A stretch of 14,640 nt of DNA from a virus (IMGVR_UViG_2630968342_000015), one strand, 5' to 3'; shown: positions 6,189 through 14,051, counted from the stretch's first letter. Notes: generated by a model not told the origin, from the letters alone. Translations and numbers: made by a program.

Positions 6189-6461
6189 ATGGTACATGAC
6201 CGCATAGCGGAAGAACTCGAGGCGAAAGGCTTTTACCGGAGGGCGGCGGCGCGATGGGGTGAAGTCATGCTGCTGGTGGAGACAGACAAGGAACGGCATC
6301 AGGTTACGATGCGACGGCTGGAATGTTCCAGGAAGGCACAGAAGCCACCGGAGCCGCCGGATAACTTCGGAGACCTGAGAAAGGCAGTAGATCGCACTTA
6401 TGCTGAAATGGGTATAGATGGTGTAAGCGATGAAATATGGCGTAATTACCCAGACAGCTAA
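6189..6461 (+). CDS. PerC-family-like transcriptional regulator
   Basis: ATG at 6189 after GAGGGGG; 90 aa. The N-terminal AEELEAKGFYRRAAARWGEVM resembles the PerC/Pch family signature (recall only). Confidence 0.5.
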   Translation: MVHDRIAEELEAKGFYRRAAARWGEVMLLVETDKERHQVTMRRLECSRKAQKPPEPPDNFGDLRKAVDRTYAEMGIDGVSDEIWRNYPDS

Positions 6462-6465
6462 TCAA

Positions 6466-6490
6466 CAGCCGGAGAAATCCGGCTTTTTTT
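6466..6490 (+). terminator. Rho-independent terminator
   Basis: AGCCGGA-GAAA-TCCGGCT followed by seven T. Confidence 0.85.
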
Positions 6491-6585
6491 GCACCAGTTG
6501 AAACGGTATGGCGCATTACCGGGTTTTCGTCACGGTCAGGCATAGTTACTATCTGAAACAAACAGACACAACAGAGGAAAAAACA

Positions 6586-6810
6586 ATGCCGATGAAATTT
6601 GATGAGATATTAAAACAGCGTGATAAATACCATGCTGACAACATGGAGACGATGAGCATCAATGATTACCGCGCATTCCTGGAGACGGGCGCACTGATTG
6701 AAAAGGATCAGCATGGTTTTGTGAGATGTGCTCTGTCCGGTGAAATGCTGGCGGTAAATCCTGAACAGATAGATGCATTGATAGAATTTCTGAAAGGGAT
6801 CAGGGACTGA
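6586..6810 (+). CDS. Hypothetical protein (74 aa), moron-like cassette
   Basis: ATG at 6586, 8 nt after AGAGGA. Flanked by two near-identical terminators. Confidence 0.55.
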   Translation: MPMKFDEILKQRDKYHADNMETMSINDYRAFLETGALIEKDQHGFVRCALSGEMLAVNPEQIDALIEFLKGIRD

Positions 6811-6819
6811 GCACGCATA

Positions 6820-6843
6820 CAGCCGGAGCAATCCGGCTTTTTG
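6820..6843 (+). terminator. Rho-independent terminator (near-duplicate of 6466-6490)
   Basis: AGCCGGA-GCAA-TCCGGCT followed by TTTTT. Confidence 0.85.
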
Positions 6844-6861
6844 TCATTTTTTGTAAATTAT

Positions 6862-6896
6862 TTGTTCGTGGTTGTTCCACGTTGTTCACTGACAGG
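6862..6896 (+). repeat. Three TTGTTC motifs on a 10-bp phase upstream of the head operon; candidate activator/Rep-binding site and promoter region
   Basis: TTGTTC at 6862, 6872 and 6882. The 15-mer TTGTTCCACGTTGTT (6872-6886) recurs exactly at 14374-14388. A possible -10 TATTTT lies at 6904-6909. Confidence 0.65.
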
Positions 6897-6964
6897 ATCG
6901 GCATATTTTACCCGAACTGAATCATGAGTATTCTCGCCCGTGGTGCCAGGACGCTGGGGCCACT

Positions 6965-7010
6965 TTCCCGCCTGTTAATGTGCTCGCCAATATTCATTAC
7001 CAGGCGGGAA
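6965..7010 (+). other. Long-range 10-bp inverted repeat in the head-operon leader
   Basis: TTCCCGCCTG (6965-6974) pairs perfectly with CAGGCGGGAA (7001-7010) across a 26-nt loop. Confidence 0.6.
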
Positions 7011-7064
7011 AACGATCGGTGCGATTGCTGATTTCCTTATGAAAAACGGTTGAGTTTTTGCCGC

Positions 7065-7102
7065 GTCCTGGAGTTCCTTACTTAACCCCAGGACTTTTTT
7101 TT
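7065..7102 (+). terminator. Intrinsic terminator directly abutting the capsid start codon
   Basis: GTCCTGGAGTT/AACCCCAGGAC gives an 11-bp stem with one mismatch and an 8-nt loop. It is followed by eight T (7095-7102) and then the ATG at 7103. Confidence 0.75.
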
Positions 7103-8260
7103 ATGCCGAGAATAATCGAATTACGCCAGCAGAAAACCGCCATTAAAAATCAGATGCGCGACATGCTGGAGAACGCGGAAAAAGAAAACCGCAGCCTTAA
7201 CGATGCAGAGGGCGCAAAATTTGACGAATTACGCGCTAAAGCTGAATCCCTCGATAAAGACATTTCCCGCCTTGAAGCCATTGCAGACGAAGAGCGCAGC
7301 AAGCCAGGTAAAAGCAGCCAGACCACTGACCCGGCAGAACTCCGCAACTACATCCTGACAGGTGAAACCCGCGCATTAAGTACAGGCGTTCCCGCTGATG
7401 GTGGTTATACCGTTATCCCCGAACTGAACACCGAAATCATGCGAATGCTGACGGATGAATCCACCATGCGCCGCATCTGTACCGTGAAGAAAATCAGCAG
7501 CAACGAGTTTAAGCAGCTTGTTTCCGCTGGCGGTGCGACCGTTAACCACGGTGAAGAGGGTAAGACACGCGAACAGACCAGCACCCCGCAGATTAACGAG
7601 GTGAGCATTAAGCTGTATCCGGTCTATGCGTACCCGCGCACCACACAGGAAATCGTGGATTTTTCCGATGTGGACATCCTTTCATGGCTGACGGGTGAGA
7701 TTGGCGACACCTTCACGGAAACCGAAGAAAGCGATCTGGTTGTGGGCGACGGTGACAAAAAAGCAAAAGGTTTTTTATCCGTACCCCGTGCAGAGAAGAA
7801 CGACAAAGAGCGTGATTTTGGTACGTTGCAGGTAATTAAACCTTCCGAATCTCTGGCGTGGACATCTGCGGACCCGCTGATCGACCTGAAATTTGCATTA
7901 CGTAAAAAATACCGCAAAAACGCGGTCTGGGTGGTTAACTCCACGACGGCGGCAAAACTTCAGAAGGTGAAGAACGCGAACGGTGATTACATCTGGCGCG
8001 ACCGTTTACAGGCGGGTGATCCTGATACGTTGCTGGGCCTTCCGGTCGAATATCTGGAGTTTATGCCTGATAACGTTATTGCCCTGGGTGACTTCAAACG
8101 CGGTTACTACATTGTTGATCACGAAACAGGTGTTCGCACCAGACCGGACAACCTCACAGAGCCGGGCTTCATCAAAATTTTCACGCAGAAATATTTAGGC
8201 GGTGGCGTGGTGGATTCGAACGCGATCAAGATTCTGGAACTGCCACAGGACGACGATTAA
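7103..8260 (+). CDS. HK97-family major capsid protein with an N-terminal delta/scaffold-like coiled coil
   Basis: The N-terminus MPRIIELRQQKTAIKNQMRDMLENAEKENRSLNDAEGAKFDELRAKAESLDKDISRLE is typical of HK97-type MCP delta domains. The body has GGYTVIPE... and ...LVVGDGDKKAKGFL motifs. Confidence 0.9.
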   Translation: MPRIIELRQQKTAIKNQMRDMLENAEKENRSLNDAEGAKFDELRAKAESLDKDISRLEAIADEERSKPGKSSQTTDPAELRNYILTGETRALSTGVPADGGYTVIPELNTEIMRMLTDESTMRRICTVKKISSNEFKQLVSAGGATVNHGEEGKTREQTSTPQINEVSIKLYPVYAYPRTTQEIVDFSDVDILSWLTGEIGDTFTETEESDLVVGDGDKKAKGFLSVPRAEKNDKERDFGTLQVIKPSESLAWTSADPLIDLKFALRKKYRKNAVWVVNSTTAAKLQKVKNANGDYIWRDRLQAGDPDTLLGLPVEYLEFMPDNVIALGDFKRGYYIVDHETGVRTRPDNLTEPGFIKIFTQKYLGGGVVDSNAIKILELPQDDD

Positions 8261-8270
8261 CAGCATACAG

Positions 8271-8299
8271 AAGGGGCTTAAAAGCCCCTTTAGTGTTTT
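8271..8299 (+). terminator. Hairpin with an interrupted U-tract after the capsid gene; probable partial terminator or attenuator
   Basis: AAGGGGCT-TAAA-AGCCCCTT (8-bp stem) followed by TAGTGTTTTA. Confidence 0.5.
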
Positions 8300-8314
8300 A
8301 TGGGTGAAAAAATT

Positions 8315-8872
8315 ATGAAGAGTATGGAAATCCGGTCATCGGAAATCACCACCAGCGCCAGCAACACGCTTACAGGCTACGTTGTTCGCTGGGATAAGCT
8401 TTCAGAGCTGCTATGGGGGGAGTTTTACGAAAAATTCCAGCGGGGAGCGTTTACTGAATGGCTTGCGGCGGGTAATGACGTTCGCGGCCTGTATGAGCAT
8501 GACCACAGCATGTTGCTGGGGCGTACCCGTTCCGGCACGCTGAAACTGGAAGAGGACGAAACAGGGTTACGCTTTGAACTGACCCCACCGGATACCAGTA
8601 CAGGGCGCGACGTTATCGAACTGGTTAAGCGTGGGGACATCTCGGGGATGAGCTTTGGCTTTCGCTCCCGTAAGGATGTATGGGATACCACAACAGATCC
8701 ATGCGTGCGCACCGTGCTGGTGGCGGAACTGTACGAAATTACCGTTACATCGGTACCGGCTTACCCTGATTCCGGCGTGGAGCTGGCCCGCCGTTCCCTG
8801 TATGAGCAGCACCCCGAAAAAATGCCGCGTGCGGATAATCGCCGCTGGTGGGTGGATTTAGCGGGGGTGTGA
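8315..8872 (+). CDS. HK97-family prohead protease (peptidase S78/U35)
   Basis: Family-typical pattern MEIRS...LTGYVVRWDKLSE...FQRGAF...DVRGLYEHD...LGRTRSGTLKLEEDETGLRFELTPPDTSTGRDVIELVKRGDISGMSFGF. The start is uncertain (8300, 8315 or 8324). Confidence 0.9.
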   Translation: MKSMEIRSSEITTSASNTLTGYVVRWDKLSELLWGEFYEKFQRGAFTEWLAAGNDVRGLYEHDHSMLLGRTRSGTLKLEEDETGLRFELTPPDTSTGRDVIELVKRGDISGMSFGFRSRKDVWDTTTDPCVRTVLVAELYEITVTSVPAYPDSGVELARRSLYEQHPEKMPRADNRRWWVDLAGV

Positions 8873-8873
8873 T

Positions 8874-10085
8874 ATGTGGCTTTTCAGAAGAAAAAAAGAG
8901 CAGCGCAGCATGACGCTTGATGAATTTATGGCGCTGGCTGGCACATCGAACACGGGGGCGGGTGAGTACGTATCATCGGGGACAGCGGAATCACTGCCCG
9001 CCGTCATGAACGCCGTGACGGTCATCTCTGAGGCGGTGGCTACCATGCCGTGTTACCTGTACCTGGTACGCAATGAGAAGGGGAAGGAGGCCCGCGAGTG
9101 GCTTGATTCTCATCCGGTCGATCACATCCTCAACGAGCGCCCGAACGCGTGGCAGACTCCCTACCAGTTTAAGCGAATGATGATCCGCCACTGCCTGTTA
9201 AACGGTAATGCTTATGCGGTGATTCAGTGGGGGCGTGATGGTTTTCCGGTGGCTTTACATCCTTACCCGCCGCAGTCGGTGAACGTGGAGCAGACAGGCG
9301 AACACAACTGGCGCTACTGCATCACTGACGCCTACACCGGAAACACCCGCAACTATTTACCGTGGGAGGTTCTCCACCTTCGTTACTCCACGGATGACGG
9401 TTTTATGGGGCGCTCACCTGTAACCATCTGCCGCGAATCGCTGGGGCTTGGGCTGGCCCAACAACGCCACGGCGCGAGCGTGATGCGTGATGGCATGATG
9501 GCGGCAGGGGTTATCACGTCAGGCGAATGGCTGGACGGCGTGAAGGGCAAACAGGCATTAGCCGCACTGGAACGCTACAAAGGGGCCAGAAACGCCGGAA
9601 AAACGCCCATCCTTGAAGGGGGTATGAGCTATCAGCAGCTGGGCATGAGTAATCAGGATGCTGAATGGCTGGCCTCCCGTCGCTTCACCATTGAAGACAT
9701 CGCCCGAATGTTCAACGTCTCGCCGATTTTTCTGCAGGAATACAGCAACAGCACCTACAGCAATTTCAGCGAGGCAAGCCGCGCATTTCTCACCATGACA
9801 ATGCGCCCGTGGCTGGCGAACTTTGAGCAGCAGATAAAAAACGCCCTGCTGGTGGCCTCGCCTGTACCTGGTATCCGGTATCAGGTGGAGTTTGACAGCG
9901 CGGACCTGTTACGGGCCACACCTGGCGAACGCTTTGCCACCTATGAACGCGGCATCAAATCCGGCGTTATGTGCCCGAACGAAGCCCGCGAACGTGAAGG
10001 GCTGTCCCCGCGTGATGGTGGTGATGAGTTCAGCCAGGCATGGAAACAGGAAGTAAAAATCAGCGAGGGAGAAAAACCGGAATGA
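8874..10085 (+). CDS. HK97-family portal protein
   Basis: 403-aa ORF with the size and overall sequence character of Phage_portal family proteins. SD GGGGG lies 6 nt upstream. Sits within the head module. Confidence 0.85.
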   Translation: MWLFRRKKEQRSMTLDEFMALAGTSNTGAGEYVSSGTAESLPAVMNAVTVISEAVATMPCYLYLVRNEKGKEAREWLDSHPVDHILNERPNAWQTPYQFKRMMIRHCLLNGNAYAVIQWGRDGFPVALHPYPPQSVNVEQTGEHNWRYCITDAYTGNTRNYLPWEVLHLRYSTDDGFMGRSPVTICRESLGLGLAQQRHGASVMRDGMMAAGVITSGEWLDGVKGKQALAALERYKGARNAGKTPILEGGMSYQQLGMSNQDAEWLASRRFTIEDIARMFNVSPIFLQEYSNSTYSNFSEASRAFLTMTMRPWLANFEQQIKNALLVASPVPGIRYQVEFDSADLLRATPGERFATYERGIKSGVMCPNEAREREGLSPRDGGDEFSQAWKQEVKISEGEKPE

Positions 10086-10420
10086 ACATAGGGCGACTGC
10101 GTGACAGGGTAACGATTCAGACCCTGAAACAGACCAGGGATATAACCGGCGAAATACTCGAAACGTGGGAGGACGGTCACACACTCTGGGCAAGCGTGAA
10201 CATGATCAGCAGCAAGGAGGCCATTTCATCGGGTGCAGAGCTGGCGATTGGTACCGTAAGGATCTGGATACGGTACCGGAAGGACATCAATGCCACCAGC
10301 CGGATAAAGGTCAGTACGGGGCCGCTGGCGGGGCGTGTACTGAATATCATCGGGCAGCCGCTGCCGGATGCCGCCAGGACACGCCTTGAAATTCTTTGTC
10401 GTGAGGGCGCGGAAAAATGA
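10082..10420 (+). CDS. Head-closure / head-tail adaptor protein (SPP1 gp16-like, Phage_H_T_join)
   Basis: ATG at 10082 overlaps the portal stop (ATGA). MNIGRLRDRVTIQ...WEDGHTLWASV...IRYRKDI...ILCREG is the typical family pattern. Confidence 0.8.
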   Translation: MNIGRLRDRVTIQTLKQTRDITGEILETWEDGHTLWASVNMISSKEAISSGAELAIGTVRIWIRYRKDINATSRIKVSTGPLAGRVLNIIGQPLPDAARTRLEILCREGAEK

Positions 10421-10713
10421 CAGAAGAACTTATCACCCTGGAAGAAGTGAAACTCCATTGCCGCATCGATGGCGACGAGGAAGACCAGTTAATCAGCGGA
10501 TACATCGCCGCATCGCTTGAGGCGTGCCAGATACACATAGGCAGGCGCTTTGATGACGGGCTGGAGTTCACGCCAGCCATAAAGATTGGCTGCATGATGT
10601 TTATCGCTCACCTGTATGAAAATCGCCAGATTGTCGCGGATAACGCAAAAACACGCGTACCCATGACGATTGGTGCACTCTGGACGGCTTACCGTGATGT
10701 GGGGGTGTACTGA
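10417..10713 (+). CDS. gp6-like head-tail connector protein (Phage_connect_1)
   Basis: ATGA overlap with the previous gene. ITLEEVKLHCRIDGDEEDQLISGYIAASLEACQIHIGRRF is the family-typical N-terminus. Confidence 0.8.
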   Translation: MTEELITLEEVKLHCRIDGDEEDQLISGYIAASLEACQIHIGRRFDDGLEFTPAIKIGCMMFIAHLYENRQIVADNAKTRVPMTIGALWTAYRDVGVY

Positions 10714-11153
10714 TGCCGTGGCAACCATTAAGACGATGCACAGAACCAGGCTGTAACAGGCGCGTGAAGTCCGGCAAGTGTGAGGAGCACAGGCGGGCGG
10801 CATGGCGTGCAGAGGATGCCAGACGAGGACACCGCCGCGCGCGTGGGTACTCCAGACAGTGGGACAAATACCGCGCCATGTATCTGAGTAAAAACCCGTT
10901 ATGCGTGCGATGCCTTGAGAAGGGGATATATACGCCCGCCGTGGTGGTGGATCACATTATCCCGATTAATGGCGGTGATGATGTTCTCTTCTGGCCCGAA
11001 TGGAACCATCAGCCATTGTGCCAGGCGTGCCATAACCAGAAAACGAAATGGCTTGATCCGGCAACAAAAAGCAAGCGTGCCGCAGGTGGATTTCGTGAAG
11101 AGGAAGAACGGGCCGCTAACCGCAATAACTGGATGTATGACGCTGATGAATGA
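10713..11153 (+). CDS. Phage HNH endonuclease (packaging-associated)
   Basis: N-terminal Cys cluster CTEPGCNRRVKSGKCEEH and HNH core DHIIPINGGDD...NHQPLCQACHNQKT. Sits upstream of terS as in HK97-like cos phages. Confidence 0.9.
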   Translation: MPWQPLRRCTEPGCNRRVKSGKCEEHRRAAWRAEDARRGHRRARGYSRQWDKYRAMYLSKNPLCVRCLEKGIYTPAVVVDHIIPINGGDDVLFWPEWNHQPLCQACHNQKTKWLDPATKSKRAAGGFREEEERAANRNNWMYDADE

Positions 11154-11319
11154 GCGGGAACAAAACCGCCTTATCCGTGGACTTATAAGGCAGCGTGACG
11201 CATGGAAGACACAGGAAACAGGGCATAAAGATAAAGCGTCAGGACGCGCAGAACGCATCACAGCGAAGCGATTAACCGACCGTGACCGCGAGGTTATGGA
11301 ATGTTTCCGCAATCGCTGA
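11146..11319 (+). CDS. Possible small charged protein (57 aa) in the HNH-terS gap
   Basis: ATG at 11146 overlaps the HNH stop (ATGAATGA). It is the only open frame across 11153-11319. No clear SD and no family recognised. Confidence 0.3.
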   Translation: MNEREQNRLIRGLIRQRDAWKTQETGHKDKASGRAERITAKRLTDRDREVMECFRNR

Positions 11320-11441
11320 TGAGGCTGTATGACGGGGTGGGGGGCGTTTTCAGGACAAACCCGACCCCGCCGGGCACCGACCGCCTCCTCAAATTTTTAT
11401 GCACGGGAATTTTTTGAAAAATAATCTGACGAAAAATAAGC
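11320..11441. other. Candidate cos region
   Basis: Lies between HNH and terS, the HK97-like position for cos. G-rich (11331-11346) and C-rich (11361-11389) segments are partly complementary and are followed by AT-rich DNA. Positional inference only. Confidence 0.35.
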
Positions 11442-11798
11442 ATGGCAAGACCACCGAAAGCCCCCGCCTACCTGGATGACATCGCCGTGAAGCAGTGGCG
11501 GGAAAAATCGCGGCAGCTTGCGGAACGGGGAGACCTGACCCCCGCCGACTGGAGCAATCTGGAACTGTATTGTGTCAACTACTCCATTTACCGGAAAGCC
11601 GTCGCAGACCTTGCGGCGCGCGGGTTCAGCATTGTTAACAGTCAGGGCGGCGAGAGCAGAAACCCCGCATTAAGCGCGAAATCAGACGCTGAAAGGGTGA
11701 TGATAAAAATGGCCTCCTTGCTCGGTTTTGACCCGATAAGCCGCCGTAAAAACCCACCGGAAACAGAAGAAGAGGACGAGCTTGACCGCCTGGAATAA
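11442..11798 (+). CDS. terS: Terminase small subunit, P27 family
   Basis: Family-typical pattern PPKAPAYLDDIAVKQWREKSRQLAERGDLTPADWSNLELYCVNYSIYRKA...NPALSAKSDAERVMIKMASLLGFDPISRRK. Confidence 0.85.
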   Translation: MARPPKAPAYLDDIAVKQWREKSRQLAERGDLTPADWSNLELYCVNYSIYRKAVADLAARGFSIVNSQGGESRNPALSAKSDAERVMIKMASLLGFDPISRRKNPPETEEEDELDRLE

Positions 11799-13443
11799 GT
11801 ACGCAGAAGACGTAAAAACGGGCAAAATTCAGGCCTGTAAACGGTTAAAACAGGCCGTTAAACGGTACTTTTCGGACCTTAAAAGCCCCCTTTACACGTT
11901 CGATCGTGAGGTTGTGGATCGGTTTATTGCCTTTTCCAGGGTGTGCCCGCACGTAAAAGGGCCGATGCGTGGCAGACCCATTGAGCTGGAGCCGTGGCAG
12001 CAGTTCGCCTTTGCGTGCATCCTCGGCTTTAAGGTTAAGGCCACCGGACGGCGCAAATATACGAGCGCCTTTATCGAAGTGCCGCGCAAAAATGCTAAAT
12101 CAACGACCGCCGCGATTCTGGCTAACTGGTTTCTGATTATGGAGAACGGTCAGCAGGATATTTACACCGCAGCGGTGAGCCGTGACCAGGCGAGGATCGT
12201 ATTTGATGATGCGCGTCAGATGTGCATTTTATCCCGACCGTTACGCAGGCGGGTGAATATTCAGGCGCATAAGGTGATACACCCGAAAACCAACAGCCTG
12301 TTAAAGCCGCTGGCAGCAAAAGCGGCAACTATCGAGGGCACAAACCCCAGTCTTTCTATCGTGGACGAATACCACCTACACCCCGACAACGGCGTATATT
12401 CTGCGCTTGAACTGGGGATGGGGGCACGTCCCGAAGGGCTGTTATTTGCCATTACCACATCGGGAAGTAACGTCGTTTCAGCCTGTAAGCAGCATTATGA
12501 TTATTGCTGCCAGATCCTGGACGGCGAAGAGGTTAACGAATCGCTTTTTGTGCTGATTTACGAACTGGACGACGAAAACGAGGTTGATGATCCGGAGATG
12601 TGGATAAAGGCGAACCCTAATATCGATGTTTCCGTGGATCGTGAAAAACTGGCCTCAACCATTCAGAAAGCGCGGGGTATTCCGTCGCAATGGGTGGAGA
12701 TGATGACAAAGCGATTTAATATCTGGTGTCAGGGGACTACCCCGTGGATGGGTAATGGTGCATGGGCTGAGTGTGCCGGAACGTTCACGGAGGAAGATTT
12801 ACACGGTCAGGAGTGTTACGCGGGGCTGGACTTATCATCAACCAGCGATATTTCCAGCGTGTGCTATGCCTTTCCGGTCGGTAAAACCATTATGATGATT
12901 TCCCGTCATTATCTGCCGGAGTTCCAGCTACAGAACCCCGCCAATAAAAACCGCGCTGTCTATCGTCAGTGGGCTAAAGCAGGCTGGATACGCACAACGC
13001 CTGGCGACTGCATTGATTACGACCGGATCAGAGATGACATCATGCAGGACGCGGAGAAATTTAATATCAGGCTGGTGGGCTTTGATACGTGGAACGCCAC
13101 GCATCTCAGAACGCAATTACAGGGGGCAGGTTTTGAGGTGGAGCCGTTCCCGCAAACCTACCTCAGATTCAGTCCGGCGGCGAAATCGTTCGAAGTTTTT
13201 GTTAACCGCAGGGTGATTGTGCATCGTGGCGATCCGGTGTTGTCCTGGTCGATGAGTAACGTCGTGATGCAGAGTGACGCGAACGCCAATATCAAGCCGA
13301 ACAAGAAAAAATCACCGAACAAGATAGACCCGAGCGTGGCGGCGCTGATGGCGTTTGGTACATTCCAGGCAGAGCATGAGGATTTTGCTTTTGATATAAG
13401 CGACAGCCACCGCCAGAAACTGGAAGAATTTAGCGGGGTGTAA
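11782..13443 (+). CDS. terL: Terminase large subunit (Terminase_1 family)
   Basis: 553 aa. TTG start with GAGGA 5 nt upstream; no ATG or GTG is available between the upstream in-frame stop and 11782. Walker A-like VPRKNAKST and Walker B-like LSIVDEYH. Confidence 0.9.
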   Translation: MTAWNKYAEDVKTGKIQACKRLKQAVKRYFSDLKSPLYTFDREVVDRFIAFSRVCPHVKGPMRGRPIELEPWQQFAFACILGFKVKATGRRKYTSAFIEVPRKNAKSTTAAILANWFLIMENGQQDIYTAAVSRDQARIVFDDARQMCILSRPLRRRVNIQAHKVIHPKTNSLLKPLAAKAATIEGTNPSLSIVDEYHLHPDNGVYSALELGMGARPEGLLFAITTSGSNVVSACKQHYDYCCQILDGEEVNESLFVLIYELDDENEVDDPEMWIKANPNIDVSVDREKLASTIQKARGIPSQWVEMMTKRFNIWCQGTTPWMGNGAWAECAGTFTEEDLHGQECYAGLDLSSTSDISSVCYAFPVGKTIMMISRHYLPEFQLQNPANKNRAVYRQWAKAGWIRTTPGDCIDYDRIRDDIMQDAEKFNIRLVGFDTWNATHLRTQLQGAGFEVEPFPQTYLRFSPAAKSFEVFVNRRVIVHRGDPVLSWSMSNVVMQSDANANIKPNKKKSPNKIDPSVAALMAFGTFQAEHEDFAFDISDSHRQKLEEFSGV

Positions 13444-13456
13444 TGAGGTCAGCAGC

Positions 13457-13738
13457 ATGACAGAAGCCGAAATAACGGGATTAATCCGCCGCGTTGCCGG
13501 AATCAGCCAGCAGGCTGACGAACAGGCCACGCAGCCGGACAGCGTGACAGCCGAAAACTATGCGCGTGTTGTTGCTGAGGTGATGCGCCGTGATGGTATA
13601 GAACTTAATGGCGTGGATATGCGCAACATACGAACCAGAGTTCTTGAGTTGCTGGCCTACCGTCGCCGCGTGGAGATGTATCGGGAGAAGGAGAAAATAA
13701 CGTACCACTGGAAGAAGCCGGAGCGGTTGCGGCGGTAA
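13457..13738 (+). CDS. Hypothetical protein (93 aa), last gene of the packaging operon
   Basis: GAGGT 7 nt upstream of the ATG. Protein-like composition; no family recognised. Confidence 0.6.
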   Translation: MTEAEITGLIRRVAGISQQADEQATQPDSVTAENYARVVAEVMRRDGIELNGVDMRNIRTRVLELLAYRRRVEMYREKEKITYHWKKPERLRR

Positions 13739-14031
13739 CTGGTTGATATTCCCGACGGACCAAAAATGGGTGGCTACATCCCTCGCTTCTGAGGACTGTT
13801 AACAAGCTGCCTGAAAGACAGTCACAAACTACGAAATTTTCGCAGTTTAATTAATGATCAGCTTAATCGCTAACCCGCTGATATTTTCGGAAACCTCAAT
13901 TTGAGGAAGTCGGCGCGGTAACTCGCTGAACTTTAAGCAAAGTGCAAAATTGCGCTTGCTGAATAATCATTATGATTACGCAGATGATTAAGGAATGACC
14001 GAAGGCGGAAATTCGCCTGTGGTTAATGGGG

Positions 14032-14051
14032 GAGTTGCAGATCTGCAACTC
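14032..14051. repeat. 20-bp perfect palindrome GAGTTGCAGATCTGCAACTC
   Basis: Read directly; the sequence equals its own reverse complement. Confidence 0.9.

Noticed and set aside
6873-6881. TGTTCCACG (also at 14375-14383) as a DnaA box
   Set aside because: It matches only 7 of 9 positions of TTWTNCACA, including a mismatch at a conserved position. The motif is better explained as part of the phased TTGTTC repeats.
7058-7102. TTG-initiated N-terminal extension of the capsid ORF given in the ORF track
   Set aside because: The extension would encode the terminator hairpin and the T8 tract. The ATG at 7103 gives the canonical MCP delta-domain N-terminus.
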